The notes below the pieces were generated by a model. It was not told the origin of the DNA and did not search any database. It was given only the letters and a program-made list of their open reading frames with translations. Shown here piece after piece: positions 11,816-22,658 of a stretch of DNA of 64,000 bases. Numbering within the stretch: the first letter of the stretch is position 1; every line of letters begins with the position of its first letter. A program made the translations under genes and the position numbers. This DNA is from an uncultured Microthrixaceae bacterium (GTDB lineage: Bacteria > Actinomycetota > Acidimicrobiia > Acidimicrobiales > DATDAH01): the NCBI GenBank assembly GCA_963701565.1, contig CAVPAN010000007.1:25362-89361 (forward strand). The letters are read 5' to 3'.

Positions 11816-13645
11816 TCACACCGCCGCCCGTTTGGTGCGGCGGCGGTCCGATTCCTTGAGCAGGATTTTTCGCAGGCGAATGGCCTGGGTGTGATCTCGA
11901 CCAATTCGTCGTCTTCGATGTATTCCAGGGCCACTTCCAAGCGACATCTCACGCGGCGGCTTCAGCAGGATGTTTTCGTCGCTGCCGGCCGCGCGGATGT
12001 TGGTCAGCTTCTTTTCCTTCGTCGGGTTGACGATCATGTCCTCGCTGCGGCTGTTTTCGCCGACGATCATCCCTTCGTACACGTCATCCCCGGGACGAAC
12101 AAACAGTTCGGCACGTTCTTGCAGGCCGAACAGGCGTAGGCCACGGCTCGGCCCGCTTGCCATCGGACACCAGCACGCCGTTGGCTCGGCGCGGCAGGTC
12201 CGCCTTCCTGGGGACGATAGCTGTCGAAGCGATGATGGATGATGGCCGTGCCCTTGGTGGCGTTCAGCAGTCGGGTGCGGAAGCCGATCAGTCCTCGTGG
12301 CGGGAATCGGAAAACGAGACGCGGCGTGTAATTCCCCGCGACCGACCTCGCGTACCAGCTCGCCCCGTCGTTGTCCGACCAGTTCCATGACCGGTCCCCA
12401 GCCGGTCGGAGGGAACTTCGACTACCAGCGACTCGAACGGTTCCAGGATGCGATGCCCTTCTTTGCGAGTAATCACACGGGGTTTTCCGACGGCCATTTC
12501 GTAGCCTTCCCGCCGCATTGTCTCAATCAACACCGAAAGGTGCATCACACCGCGGCCGCGTGACGGCAAAGGCGTCCCCTCGGGCAGCGGGTTCACGTGC
12601 AGGGCGACGTTACGTTGCAGCTCGCGCAGCGAGCGTTCGCGCAGCTGCCGCGTGGTGACGATACTGACCGTCGCGTCCTGCCAAGGGTGAGGTGTTGATC
12701 GTAAAGATCATCTCCAGCGTCGGCTGATCGACGGTCAGGCGTGGCAGGGCTTGGGACTGAGCTCGGCGGCAATCGTATCGCCAATTTCCACATCGTCGAT
12801 GCCGTGAATGGCCACGATATCCCCGGCGGTGGCTTTTTCGGTTTCCGACGCGACCGAGTTTTTCGAATACGAACACGCCCGGAGACTTCGGCGTGAAGTC
12901 GTTCCGTCTCGGTTGATGACAGCCACGTGTTTGACCGCGTTCGATGCTGCCGCTGCGCAGGCGGCCAATCGCGATACGGCCGTGGTAGTCCGACCAGTCC
13001 AGCGTGGTGACCAGCATCTGCGTGGGCGGCTTGTTCGTCAATTTCCGGGCCGGGTACGTGTTTCAAGATCAGTGTCCAACAGCAGTTGCATCGAAGTCGT
13101 GGGCCGAGTCGGGATCGTCGCGTGGCGTAACCCGCTTTGGCGGTGGTGTAGACATGAATGAAGTTGTCGATGTGATCATCAGCCCCCAGGTCGAGCAGCA
13201 GTTCGAGCATTTCGTCGGCGACTTCCCGGGCATCGGCTGTCGGGGCGATCGATCTTGTTGACCACGACGATCGGAACCAACCCGGCGGCGAGCGCCTTGT
13301 CGAGCACGTAACCGCGTTTGCGGCATGGGGCCCTCCGCGGCGTCCACCAGCACCAGGGCTCCGTCCGCCATCCGCACGACGCGTTCCACTTCGCCGCCGA
13401 AATCCGCGTGGCCCGGCGTGTCAATGACGTTGATTTTCACTCCCGCGATACGGGATGGAGATATTTTTGGCCAGGATCGTGATGCCGCGTTCCCGTTCCA
13501 GATCGTTGCTGTCCAGAATGCGTTCGCCGCGCAGCTGGTTGTCGCGAAACTGGCCGCTTTGACGCAGCAGGCAATCGACAAGCGTGGTTTTCCCGTGATC
13601 GACGTGGGCGATGATGACAATATTGCGAATATCTTGACGACGCAC
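11816..13645 (-). CDS. typA: Translational GTPase TypA/BipA (heavily frameshifted)
   Basis: The motifs [119 protein letters not shown] and [15 protein letters not shown] are all present. They are spread over at least 9 ORF fragments in all three minus frames. Confidence 0.8.
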
Positions 13646-14025
13646 GTGAGGTTCCAGTAGGACTGTTAAGGATCGATCAGTAAATCGGCGAACCTACAGT
13701 GTGTAATAACACCGTCGGCCGGTCAAGCGAAAAGATTCGCCACCCGCGGTACGGCGAAATAGAATAAAGTCTGGCGGGCACAGCCGTTTACAGTTGGCCG
13801 GGCTGGCTGGCTGGCTGGGAGAGTCCGCTTGAAGGATTAGCTCGCCAAACGTATATCTTACCACAAATTCCCGCAGCGGGATGGGTCGCTGGCCCGGACG
13901 AAAACAGCTGCCTGGGCTCGTCCGCCAAGCCTCCCCCGGGTTAATTAATGGGGTGCCTGTGGCGGCGGGGCAAGGCCTTCGCCAAAAATTCACAGTCTTC
14001 GCAGCTCGCAGAGCCAAATCCCATC

Positions 14026-15716
14026 ATGAAGATCAGTACGATTCCCCAGGCATATCGGAACGTTAATCGGGCGACGGAGATTATTGCGGTCCTCAGCAAG
14101 TACGGATTAGCGGACTGGATCAGTCGGTTTAACCTGGAATTTGCCAAAGGGATCCTGCGAGATCGGGGGGGCGAAGCGCTGGCCCGTCAAACCCGCGAAA
14201 TTCGCATCCGCATGGCACTTCAGGACCTTGGCCCCACCTTCATTAAGCTCGGACAACTGCTGAGTACGCGCCCCGAACTGATTGGCGCCGAGTTATCGCA
14301 AGAGTTGCGAAAGCTGCAAGATGCAGCTCCCGCCGACCCGCCCGGGGTCGTTCGCGAGACGATTGAGCAGGAGTTGGGTCAGCCGATTGAGGATTTATTC
14401 ATACGGTTTGATGATCAGCCGATTGCGTCCGCTTCCATTGGTCAGGTTCATCGCGCCGTGTTGAAAGACGGACAGCGGGTGGTGGTCAAGGTCCAGCGAG
14501 CCGGGATCTCCAAGACGATTCGACGTGACATCGACGTCATGAACTGGCTGGCTCAGCTGGCGGATCGTATTCCCGAGTTCGCACCGTATCGCCCGTCCGC
14601 CACACTGGCCGAACTGCAGCGGACGTTGCTTCGTGAGCTGGATTTCGGTCGCGAAGAACGCAATCAACAACATTTTGCCAGCCGGTTTGCCGACAATTCG
14701 CAAGCTCGTTATTCCGGAGCCGATCAGCGACCTGTGTACGCCCCGAGTCCTGACCATGGAGCTGATCGAGGGGACGAAATTGTCCGCGGTGGTGCGCCTG
14801 TGCGGAACAGCCGTTTGACCTGGAGCAGATTGCCCGCGACGGCGCGAATATCTTCCTGGAAATGATTTTCATCGACGGTTATTACCATGCTGATCCACAT
14901 CCCGGAAACATTGTGTTGCTGCCCGGCAACGTGATTGGGCTATTCGATTTCGGCATGGTGGGGCGGATCGACGAAGAGCTGCGGGAAGATATCGAAGAAG
15001 TCATGCTGTCGATTGTGCAGCGCGATCCGATCCATTTGGCGACGCTGATCAAGCGCATTGGCACACGCCCACGGACCTCGACGAAACGGCGTTTCGCACG
15101 GATCTCGCAGACTTTGTCTCCCAGTACGCTCATCAGCAGCTGAGCCAGTTTGACTTGGGAGCCGCGCTGTCCGAGATGATGGAGATGATCCATCGCTACC
15201 GGATCATGATGCCGCCCCAGGTGAGTCTGCTGATCAAGACCTTGGTGACGCTTGGAGGGCACGGCCAAATTGCTAAATCCGAGCTTCAGCATTATGGAAG
15301 TCATGCGGCCCTTCCAGCGTCGGGCGCTGTTACGCCGCATGTCTCCGGCGCGGCGGCTGAAGAAGATGCGCCGCGTCTACCTGGAACTCGAACACCTGGC
15401 CGGGACCCTGCCACGTCGCGTGATGGAAATTGTGAACCAGGTTCAAGCGGGCGAGTTTGACGTCCACCTGGAACATCGGGGGCTCAGCCCATCCATTAAC
15501 CGACTCGTGCTGGGAATGATGGCGAGCGCCCTGTTTCTGGGCTCATCACTCATGCTCAGCCAGCGGGTTCCCCCGCTGTTGTTTGCCGCTCCCGGTTTCA
15601 TGGGCGTGCACGACCTTTCGTTGTTGGGATTGGCGGGTTGCGTGGTCAGCCTGATGGTGGGCGTTCGCCTGATCATGGCCATTGGAAAGTCGGGGCATTT
15701 GGACGAAGACAAGTAG
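14026..15716 (+). CDS. ubiB: ABC1/UbiB-family atypical kinase (at least 5 frameshifts)
   Basis: MKISTIPQAYRN...GPTFIKLGQLLSTRPELIG...ASASIGQVHRAVLKDGQRVVVKVQR lies in ORF 13948..14865. TPRVLTMELIEGTKLS is in 14633..14818 and GYYHADPHPGNIVLLPGNVIGLFDFGMVG in 14862..15143. The C-terminal TM helices are in 15252..15716. Confidence 0.8.
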
Positions 15717-15741
15717 TTTTCTTGCGCGACGTCGCGTCCGC

Positions 15742-16392
15742 GGTGATGTCGGACTCGCCATTCAGGCGAGCCGTGCGGCGTAAGCCCACGGCCAGCGACG
15801 CAAACGGACGACAAAGCGTAACGTCGCCAAATGATCTCGGACGCTCCACCATTCAGGCGAGCCGTGCGGCGTAAGCCCACGACCAGCGACGCAAACGGAC
15901 CACAAAGCGTAACGTCGCCAAATGATCTCGGACGCTCCACCATTCAGGCGAGCCGTGCGGCGTAAGCCCACGACCAGCGACACAAACGGACTACAAAGCG
16001 TAACGTCGCCAAATGATCTCGGACGCTCCACCATTCAGGCGAGCCGTGCGGCGTAAGCCCACGGCCAGCGACGCAAACGGACGACAAAGCGTAACGTCGC
16101 CAAATGATCTCGGACGCTCCACCATTCAGGCGAGCCGTGCGGCGTAAGCCCACGACCAGCGACGCAAACGGACCACAAAGCGTAACGTCGCCAAATGATC
16201 TCGGACGCTCCACCATTCAGGCGAGCCGTGCGGCGTAAGCCCACGACCAGCGACGCAAACGGACCACAAAGCGTAACGTCGCCAAATGATCTCGGACGCT
16301 CCACCATTCAGGCGAGCCGTGCGGCGTAAGCCCACGACCAGCGACACAAACGGACCACAAAGCGTAACGTCGCCAAATGATCTCGGACGCTC
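15742..16392 (+). repeat. Tandem array B: 91-bp unit x7 (plus short leading partial)
   Basis: CCATTCAGG unit starts are at 15758, 15849, 15940, 16031, 16122, 16213 and 16304, exactly 91 bp apart. Consensus: CCATTCAGGCGAGCCGTGCGGCGTAAGCCCACGACCAGCGACGCAAACGGACCACAAAGCGTAACGTCGCCAAATGATCTCGGACGCTCCA. Confidence 0.95.
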
Positions 16393-16496
16393 TTTAGGTT
16401 GGTGAGGCAACGGCCCAACACGCGGGCTTACGCGGGCTTACGCCCTGCGGCTCGCCAACGTACTCGCCGAGTGAGGGCGTGCCCCGCCGGGGCAGT

Positions 16497-16726
16497 TAGG
16501 GAGCACTCGGCGCGTCGAACCGCTCATCGGTCCAGGCCTGGATGACCTCTTCGATTCGTTGATTCAGCTCATCCAAGTCGCGAATGACGTCGTCTTGACG
16601 TCGATCCAGCTCGGCGACGAAGCAGCTAGTTTCGTTCAATCCATGAACCTCTGTGGCTCAGGCCAGGCAACGCATGCGTTGATCAGATCGGCAAGTTCAC
16701 TTTGCATCGACTGCTTCGAGCGGCAT
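16497..16726 (-). CDS. Possible small coiled-coil hypothetical protein (fragmented)
   Basis: Three minus-strand pieces were found: MPLEAVDAK / ELADLINACVAWPEPQRFMD / ETSCFVAELDRRQDDVIRDLDELNQRIEEVIQAWTDERFDAPSAP*. No family was recognised, and a coding call requires two frameshifts. Confidence 0.2.
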
Positions 16727-17029
16727 GAATCAAGACGCCGTACGTTTTAACGAAGCTGCCGAATCGTCGAATTGTGACGGATATCGAATACTTCCTCGCC
16801 TGGGGCTGTTGGTTGTTAGACGGCAAGCCAGAGGAGGCCGCCGCAAACAGCCCTATTTGTGGAATAAAATGCCGATTCGACGGGCTCCGGCGGCGTGCGC
16901 GGGGCTGCGAGGTGGGAACTACCTCCCCCAAAATGTGATCGCCCATCGAGGTTGCCCATCATGGCCGACTCTATCGGCTCAAGGACGGCTCAAGGAACCA
17001 CGTGGGATGACCAAAGTGTCGGACCTACC

Positions 17030-17059
17030 CTAGACAATCAAGCAGTAAATTGAGTATTA
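17030..17059 (+). promoter_or_regulatory. Candidate sigma-70-like promoter upstream of rpsU
   Basis: TAGACA-N18-TATTAT sits in a locally AT-rich patch about 165 nt upstream of the rpsU start. This is pattern match only. Confidence 0.25.
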
Positions 17060-17226
17060 TAAGAGGTTTCCCAATCACTGCGCGGTGCGCCCCGTTGTGA
17101 TGTCCGGAAGTGAGGCAGCCGCTTGGCTCACGATCCACCGGCTGCTGCTGAAGGGTTCGTGTCGTCGGCCGTTCTGGTGGCGGATTAGTATGCGTCATTG
17201 AAATTCAGTATTGCTAAGGAGGAAAT

Positions 17227-17421
17227 GTGGTAAAGCTTGTCGTCCGGGACCGAGAAAACATTCAAGAGGCGGTTCGGAGGTTTCGCAAACTTGTCGAACG
17301 TAGTGGCATCAAGAAAGAAATGCGTCGCCGCGAGTATTACGAAAAGCCTAGCGAGATCAAGCGACGGTCGCGGCTGCGAGCCGAACGTCGTGCGCGTCGT
17401 CAGCGCTTGTTTGGCATCTAG
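17227..17421 (+). CDS. rpsU: 30S ribosomal protein S21
   Basis: The GTG start is preceded by AAGGAGG (17216-17222). The product is [64 protein letters not shown]. Confidence 0.9.
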   Translation: MVKLVVRDRENIQEAVRRFRKLVERSGIKKEMRRREYYEKPSEIKRRSRLRAERRARRQRLFGI

Positions 17422-17461
17422 TGCCACAACCAGCAAATAACCGTCGAGTACCCGAAAGCCC

Positions 17462-18457
17462 TCACGCCCGCTTCGCGGCCTGCTGAATCCAGTTGACGAT
17501 TTGCGTGTCCAGCCAGTGATCGAACGGGTTCTGGGGGCTTCGGCCGCGGGCAACGAATCCCAGGTGCCCGCCCCCCGTGACCATAAACGTTTGTGTGGAG
17601 GCGGACCAGTTCGCCGACTGGTAGATTTCTGGTCGTACGATGGGGTCGTCGTCAGCCGCGACGACAACCGTAGGGATGCCGATCGCTGGCAAGACGTCTT
17701 TGGAGCTGGCGGTTTCGTAGTATGCGGCTGCCGAGGGGAATCCGGCCAGCGGGGCAGTGATCTGTTCGTCGAATCGCAATAACGTGCCCGGATTGCGTCT
17801 CGCGCGAACGCGATCCGCATGCTGGATCCGTGATCGGCGCTGGCAAAAATCACGCCACAATTGCCGGGCGAAATAGATGTCGTAGATCCAGCCCCATCCG
17901 TCATGCAGCCGCTGACAACAATAGTCCAAATCAATCGGTGGCTGCACGGCAATCGCACTGTCAACGGTGGTGGGGATGTCCCGCAAATGTTTTCCCAGCA
18001 TCTTCAGCGTTAAATTGGCACCTAAGGAAAAGCCGCACAGTGTCATTTGTGCAGAAGGATATCGCTCAGCGACCCATTGGCAAACGGTCAACAAGTCGGC
18101 AGCACGATCGGCGTGAAACACGCCCTTGGCCAGATGCACGCCCGCTCCACAGCCGCGCATGTCCATGCGTAGCGTGCGAATCCCTTTCTTCGGCAGCCGA
18201 TCCGCCACGCGAATCAAGTAGGGGCTGGCATGGCAGCCGGCGAGTCCGTGGACGAGAATGACAACTCGACCGTTTTCGGGCCAGCGCGTCGGGCAATCGT
18301 CATGCAGGACAATCCGATCACCATCAGGCAGTTCGACGAGGTGGGTCTGGTGCGCGATATGGAATTCGCGGTACTACGAAGAACGAGAACATCGTCTGGC
18401 GGTGGTGCCTCGCAACCAGGCATGCGGCTCGAACTGCTTGGGCGGTGAAAATACCAT
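17462..18457 (-). CDS. Alpha/beta hydrolase, YheT-like (two N-terminal frameshifts)
   Basis: ORF 17462..18217 has the nucleophile elbow CGFSLGAN, and its frame stays open upstream to 18373 (VVILVHGLAGCHASPY). The N-terminus MVFSPPKQFEPHAWLRG / HHRQTMFSFF lies in two other frames, with ATG at 18457. Confidence 0.65.
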
Positions 18458-18841
18458 CCGATGTTTGCGTTGTTGTTCAACGTTGTTTGGTTACGGCGGC
18501 CCCGCTGCTGCACCGCCGCACGCGGCCCCAGTTTCAGCCAGCGGCTGTCTGCCGCGCTGGGCACGTCTTGGACAGGGACGATGAAAGGCAGGATAACCGT
18601 CCACGGCTTTGATCAGGCTTTTCTTCAGCGCAATCGTGCTCGTAATCTTAATCGGGGCCGATTTGCCTGGGGAGCAGGCTTAAAGCGGGCTGGTTGTTGA
18701 ACGGTTGCAGGCAGGTTAAAGGCAATGATATGTCCGGCTCGCGGAAATGCCAAATCCAGGCGGGAAGGGAGGGCGGACGGCCAACTGGCGGAAGCGTCCA
18801 ACTCCACGGGGAAAAGCAGTTGTTAACGTGCGCGGCTGGCG

Positions 18842-20367
18842 TTAGAGGTGCGCCTGGCTGCGCAGGTATTTGGCCTGCTCCAAGTAATGCCTGCCTCGCG
18901 CTTTGTCCCCCATGCGATTCAGCACTACGCCGTAAATCTGATTGGTTACAGGATTGTTGCGGTTAAGTGCCAGAGACTTCTGCGCCGCGGTTCGCGCTTG
19001 GTGATACATGCTGCGATGCAAGTAGACTTCTGCCAGCATACGGTACAAGATTGCCGAATCGGGATGTCGCGAGATGGCTTCTTCGAGCAGACCCGTTGTT
19101 GTCTCGAGATCTCCCTGAGCGATTAACGCTTTGGCTTTGTTGCCAATAGTTATCTCGTACGGTTGCGAGCTGGCGACGGGGACGTTGTCCGCCGCGGCAG
19201 TTGGACCGATGTTGGCTAACGACTGCACGGGTGGCAGACGTTCCGTTGATGCATCATCGTCGGACGATACGTTTTCGCAGCGGGCGGAAACCGCTTGGGC
19301 TGACTCCCAGTTGCACCGATCCTGCAAGCGGCGGGCTTCGTACCGCAGGGCCTCGGGGGTTCCGATGACCGTGCACCCGTTCAGGTTGGCGATTGAGTAG
19401 CCGAACGGTCCGACCAGCCGTTCCAAGGCCCGAGGTAAAGAGGTATCGGTGACGCGTGCCGAAACCGTTCCGGACAGACTTTCGTGGCAGCGAATGGGAT
19501 GTCCCATCCGTGCCGTCAGTTCGTCCGCCAGCTGTTGGACCTCAATGGTCTGAGCGTCGATCGTGAAGTGCCCAGTGGCCGGATCTTCGTGCACGGTCAC
19601 GTATGGTGCGCAGACCTTGGCATGGTGCGATACTGGCTTGGCGGACGCCGACTCGAGTGACGCAGCGATTACAGCACGCTCCTCTGGTTTCAGGAATTCT
19701 CGCTTGACGGCAGAGGATATTTTCAAAGTAGCGACCGTCCGATTGGCCTTGTCGCGCATCGTGACCGTACTCACGGTGGACGAGGCTTCGCTGTTCACAT
19801 GCCGGGCGATCTCGCCGCTCTCGGCGACGTGCAGCTGGACGGCATGCAATTCGACCGCGGACAAGTCGTTAGTCTCGTGGAGTGGGACGATGCCTGCCGG
19901 CTGAGTTTCGGTTGTTGCCGAATCCGCGAGTGCGGCGCGGTTTGCTCCGTCACCCGAAACGGACTCCGCTGACGTCGGGTATGGTGAACCGCTGGCAGGA
20001 ACAAAATCCCCGGAATTCTGGGGGCTCTTGGGGTCGATTGTTGGTACGAGCACTTCTGGCTTCAGCGGCGGATACGGTATCGGCTCAAACGTGTTTGCAT
20101 TTTCGCTGTGAGCGATTTCGTTCTGGTCGACTTCACAGTGGGCAACACACTGCAGGCACTCCGCTGGGGATCGGCAGTTGCCTGTAGGTGTCGGGCAAGT
20201 GTCACAGGGAAGCAAGTCGGGCAGGACGTCTACAGTTGCGGGCGTCAGCTGGGACGCCTGCAGATTTGAGCGCGGTGACGCTCGACCATCCACAAGGCTG
20301 CCACGCCGGCAGATAGTAACGCTACCCAGGCGAATAGTCTCAGAACAATACCTATCTTCGATGACAT
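18842..20367 (-). CDS. Membrane-anchored Cys-rich / TPR-tailed protein of unknown function
   Basis: ORF 18842..20293 (483 aa) ends in TPR-like helices (AKALIAQGDLETTTGLLEEAISRHPDSAILYRMLAEVYLHRSMYHQARTAAQKSLALNRNN...). A signal-anchor MSSKIGIVLRLFAWVALLSAGVAALW starts at ATG 20367, one frame off, which implies a frameshift near 20,290. Confidence 0.5.
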
Positions 20368-20661
20368 GCTCCCCCCCCGGACAACGCTGCTCGCAGGCTG
20401 ATTAGCCGCCAGCCAAAGCAAGTGTCACTCCGCCGACATGGCGAGCTGAAATCGTACAGCTCAACTTGAAAACACAGCGGTTTGAAGTTCTTATCGTCAA
20501 TGCACAGATTCGACGTGATCGAAAAAACCGGAATAACCGTTAAAGCCGGCCGATCCTGACACGATCTAGCAATGCTAGTGGCAAGGCGAGCCGCAGAGCG
20601 AGTCCCTCGGCGAGCCGCGGGGCGTAAGCCCGCGTGAGGGGTCGTTGCCCGACCAACCCTC

Positions 20662-21100
20662 AGAGCGTCTGAGATCGGTTGGGAATATTACGCTTCTTGG
20701 TTGCGTGAACGTCGCTGGTCGTGGGCTTACGCCGCACGGCTCGCCTGAATGGTGGAGCGTCGAGTTCGGTTGGCAACGTTACGCTTTGTGGTCCGTTTGC
20801 GTCGCCGGTCGTCGGCTTACGCCGCACGGCTCGCCTGAATGGTGGAGCGTCCGAGATCATTTGATGACGTTACGCTTTGTCGTCCGTTTGCGTCGCTGGT
20901 CGTGGGCTTACGCCGCACGGCTCGCCTGAATGGTGGAGCGTTCGAGTTCGGTTGGCAACGTTACGCTTTGTGGTCCGTTTGCGTCGCTGGTCGTGGGCTT
21001 ACGCCGCACGGCTCGCCTGAATGGTGGAGCGTCCGAGTTCGGTTGGCAACGTTACGCTTTGTGGTCCGTTTGCGTCGCTGGTCGTCGGCTCACGCCGGCG
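20662..21100 (-). repeat. Tandem array B': the same 91-bp unit in inverted orientation, ~5 copies
   Basis: TGGAGCG unit starts are at ~20663 (degenerate), 20753, 20843, 20934 and 21025. The units are the reverse complement of array B (…GTCGCTGGTCGTGGGCTTACGCCGCACGGCTCGCCTGAATGG), with the local variant GAGTTCGGTTGGCAACG. Confidence 0.9.
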
Positions 21101-22035
21101 GCGCGCCTGGCCGGGCGTTGTGCCAGTCGAGCCCTACGTCCAGCTGTGCGGCGGAGTGTGTGATGGCTCCCACACTAATGCGGTTGACGCCAGTTTCCGC
21201 GATCTGCCGGACCGTATTTAGGGTGATGCCTCCCGACGCTTCCAGCAGGACGGCGGGATTCTGTTGATCACGCAGCGATACTGCCGCCCGCAGCTGATCG
21301 AGCCGCATATTGTCCAGCAGCACGATATCGGGGGCTGCGGCGAGCGCGATTTTCAGCTGATCCAGTGTATCGACCTCGATTTCCAGGATCAGTCTCTCGG
21401 CGCTTGCGGCGCAAAACACCCTCGTTCGTTCGACTGCCATGGCCACGTCGAAGGAGTCGGAGGCACTCCCCTGTCCCAGTGCCAAATGGTTGTCTTTGAT
21501 GAGAACGGCGTCGAACAGGCCCAGGCGATGATTCGTGCCGCCGCCGCAGTGCACGGCATATTTTTCCATCCGCCGCCAGCCTGGGATCGTCTTGCGCGTG
21601 TCGCAGATCACAGCGCCGGTATCGACGATCTGCGCGACATACTGCGCGGTCAGCGAGGCGATCCCTGACAAGTGGCCGATCGTGTTCAGCAAGATGCGCT
21701 CCATCGCCAGGATATCGCGGGCAGAACCGGACAAGCTGCCCAGCTTAGTCCGGGCGGCGAGGACCTGTCCGTCCTGCAGGCATGGCTGCCATTTGACGGC
21801 AATCGCCATTTCATCAATCAGCAGGTCGGCCACTCTTAATCCAGCCGCAATACCGGCCGCACGCGCAACAACCGCTGCGCTACCCTCGTGCCTCCCGCGG
21901 AATCAGCGAGAGGGATGTGATATCGTAGGAGCGGCCGAAGTCTTCTCGAATCGCCAGCCTCAAAATGGAACGCATGTCGTATTCCAATTCCGCGTCCCAA
22001 TCGACTTGTCGATGAATGATCGAATTCGCATTCAT
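21090..22035 (-). CDS. nadC: Nicotinate-nucleotide pyrophosphorylase (quinolinate phosphoribosyltransferase), one frameshift
   Basis: ORF 21090..21833 has ICDTRKTIPGWRRMEKYAVHCGGGTNHRLGLFDAVLIKDNH and LLEASGGITLNTVRQIAETGVNRISVGAITHSA. The N-terminus MNANSIIHRQVDWDAELEY...ITSLSLIPREARG lies in ORF 21880..22215. The joint is near 21,880. Confidence 0.8.
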
Positions 22036-22207
22036 GATGTTCTTGGACGGTTCCTTGTGGCGGCCGTTGTTAACGCGCCATAATAGAGCAGGACGGCCGC
22101 CAGTCGTCCACCGCGTTCGCACAGGAGTCGCTACGCCCTGCGACAGCTTCGTTGCAGAAGAAATGATCCACGCGGCAACCCGCCTGTCAAACAATTGGTC
22201 CGAAACG

Positions 22208-22658
22208 ATGTCCACTCATGCCCGGTTGACGAAGGCTGGCCGTACTCGGCAAAAGGCGGCTTCTCAAGCGGGTACTCGGGCAGCGCCTGCCACTGAGTTG
22301 TTCCTGGCCCTGGTCGTCTGCATCGGTCTGGCGGCCATGCTCGGCTGGACATCCTGTCGAGGCCAGGGGCATCGGCTGTTGGATCTCGGACGAAGTTTCA
22401 CCGCAGGCGGTCCCCTATTGCGTAGAATTCACCACAGCAACCTGGCAGGACCTGGCTCAGATTCCCGGCATCGGCGAGACGCTTGCCAAGCGGATTGTTG
22501 ACGCTCGGGATCGAGAAGGAAAGTTGGACAGCCTCGACGACTTGCGGAAGGTTCGCGGGATTGGTCCTCAAAAACTGATCCAGATCGGCCAGCATCTTCA
22601 ATTCACAGAAACAGGTCGCCCGGCGGCCGACTCGCAACCCAGAGAAAATCGCGAATGA
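22208..22658 (+). CDS. ComEA-like helix-hairpin-helix DNA-binding protein (one frameshift)
   Basis: [11 protein letters not shown]...[16 protein letters not shown] supplies a TM segment. After a shift near 22,400 the reading gives [49 protein letters not shown]. The TGA at 22656-22658 overlaps the uvrB ATG. Confidence 0.7.

Noticed and set aside
11563-11952. ORF 11563..11952 as an intact gene
   Set aside because: It is a read-through of the typA C-terminal region ([17 protein letters not shown]) in one frame into the Hsp20-like tail. It is not a single real protein.
13801-13817. A (GGCT)4 microsatellite in the typA-ubiB divergent intergenic region
   Set aside because: It has only four units. 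No phase-variation context is present, since it is not within or immediately upstream of a start codon.
15762-21267. Families of ~90-aa ORFs (MVERPRSFGDVTLCGPFASLVVGLRRTARLNGG...) in arrays B and B'
   Set aside because: They are phase-shifted copies generated by the 91-bp period. Because 91 is not a multiple of 3, consecutive units are read in different frames, and the same DNA gives ORFs on both strands.
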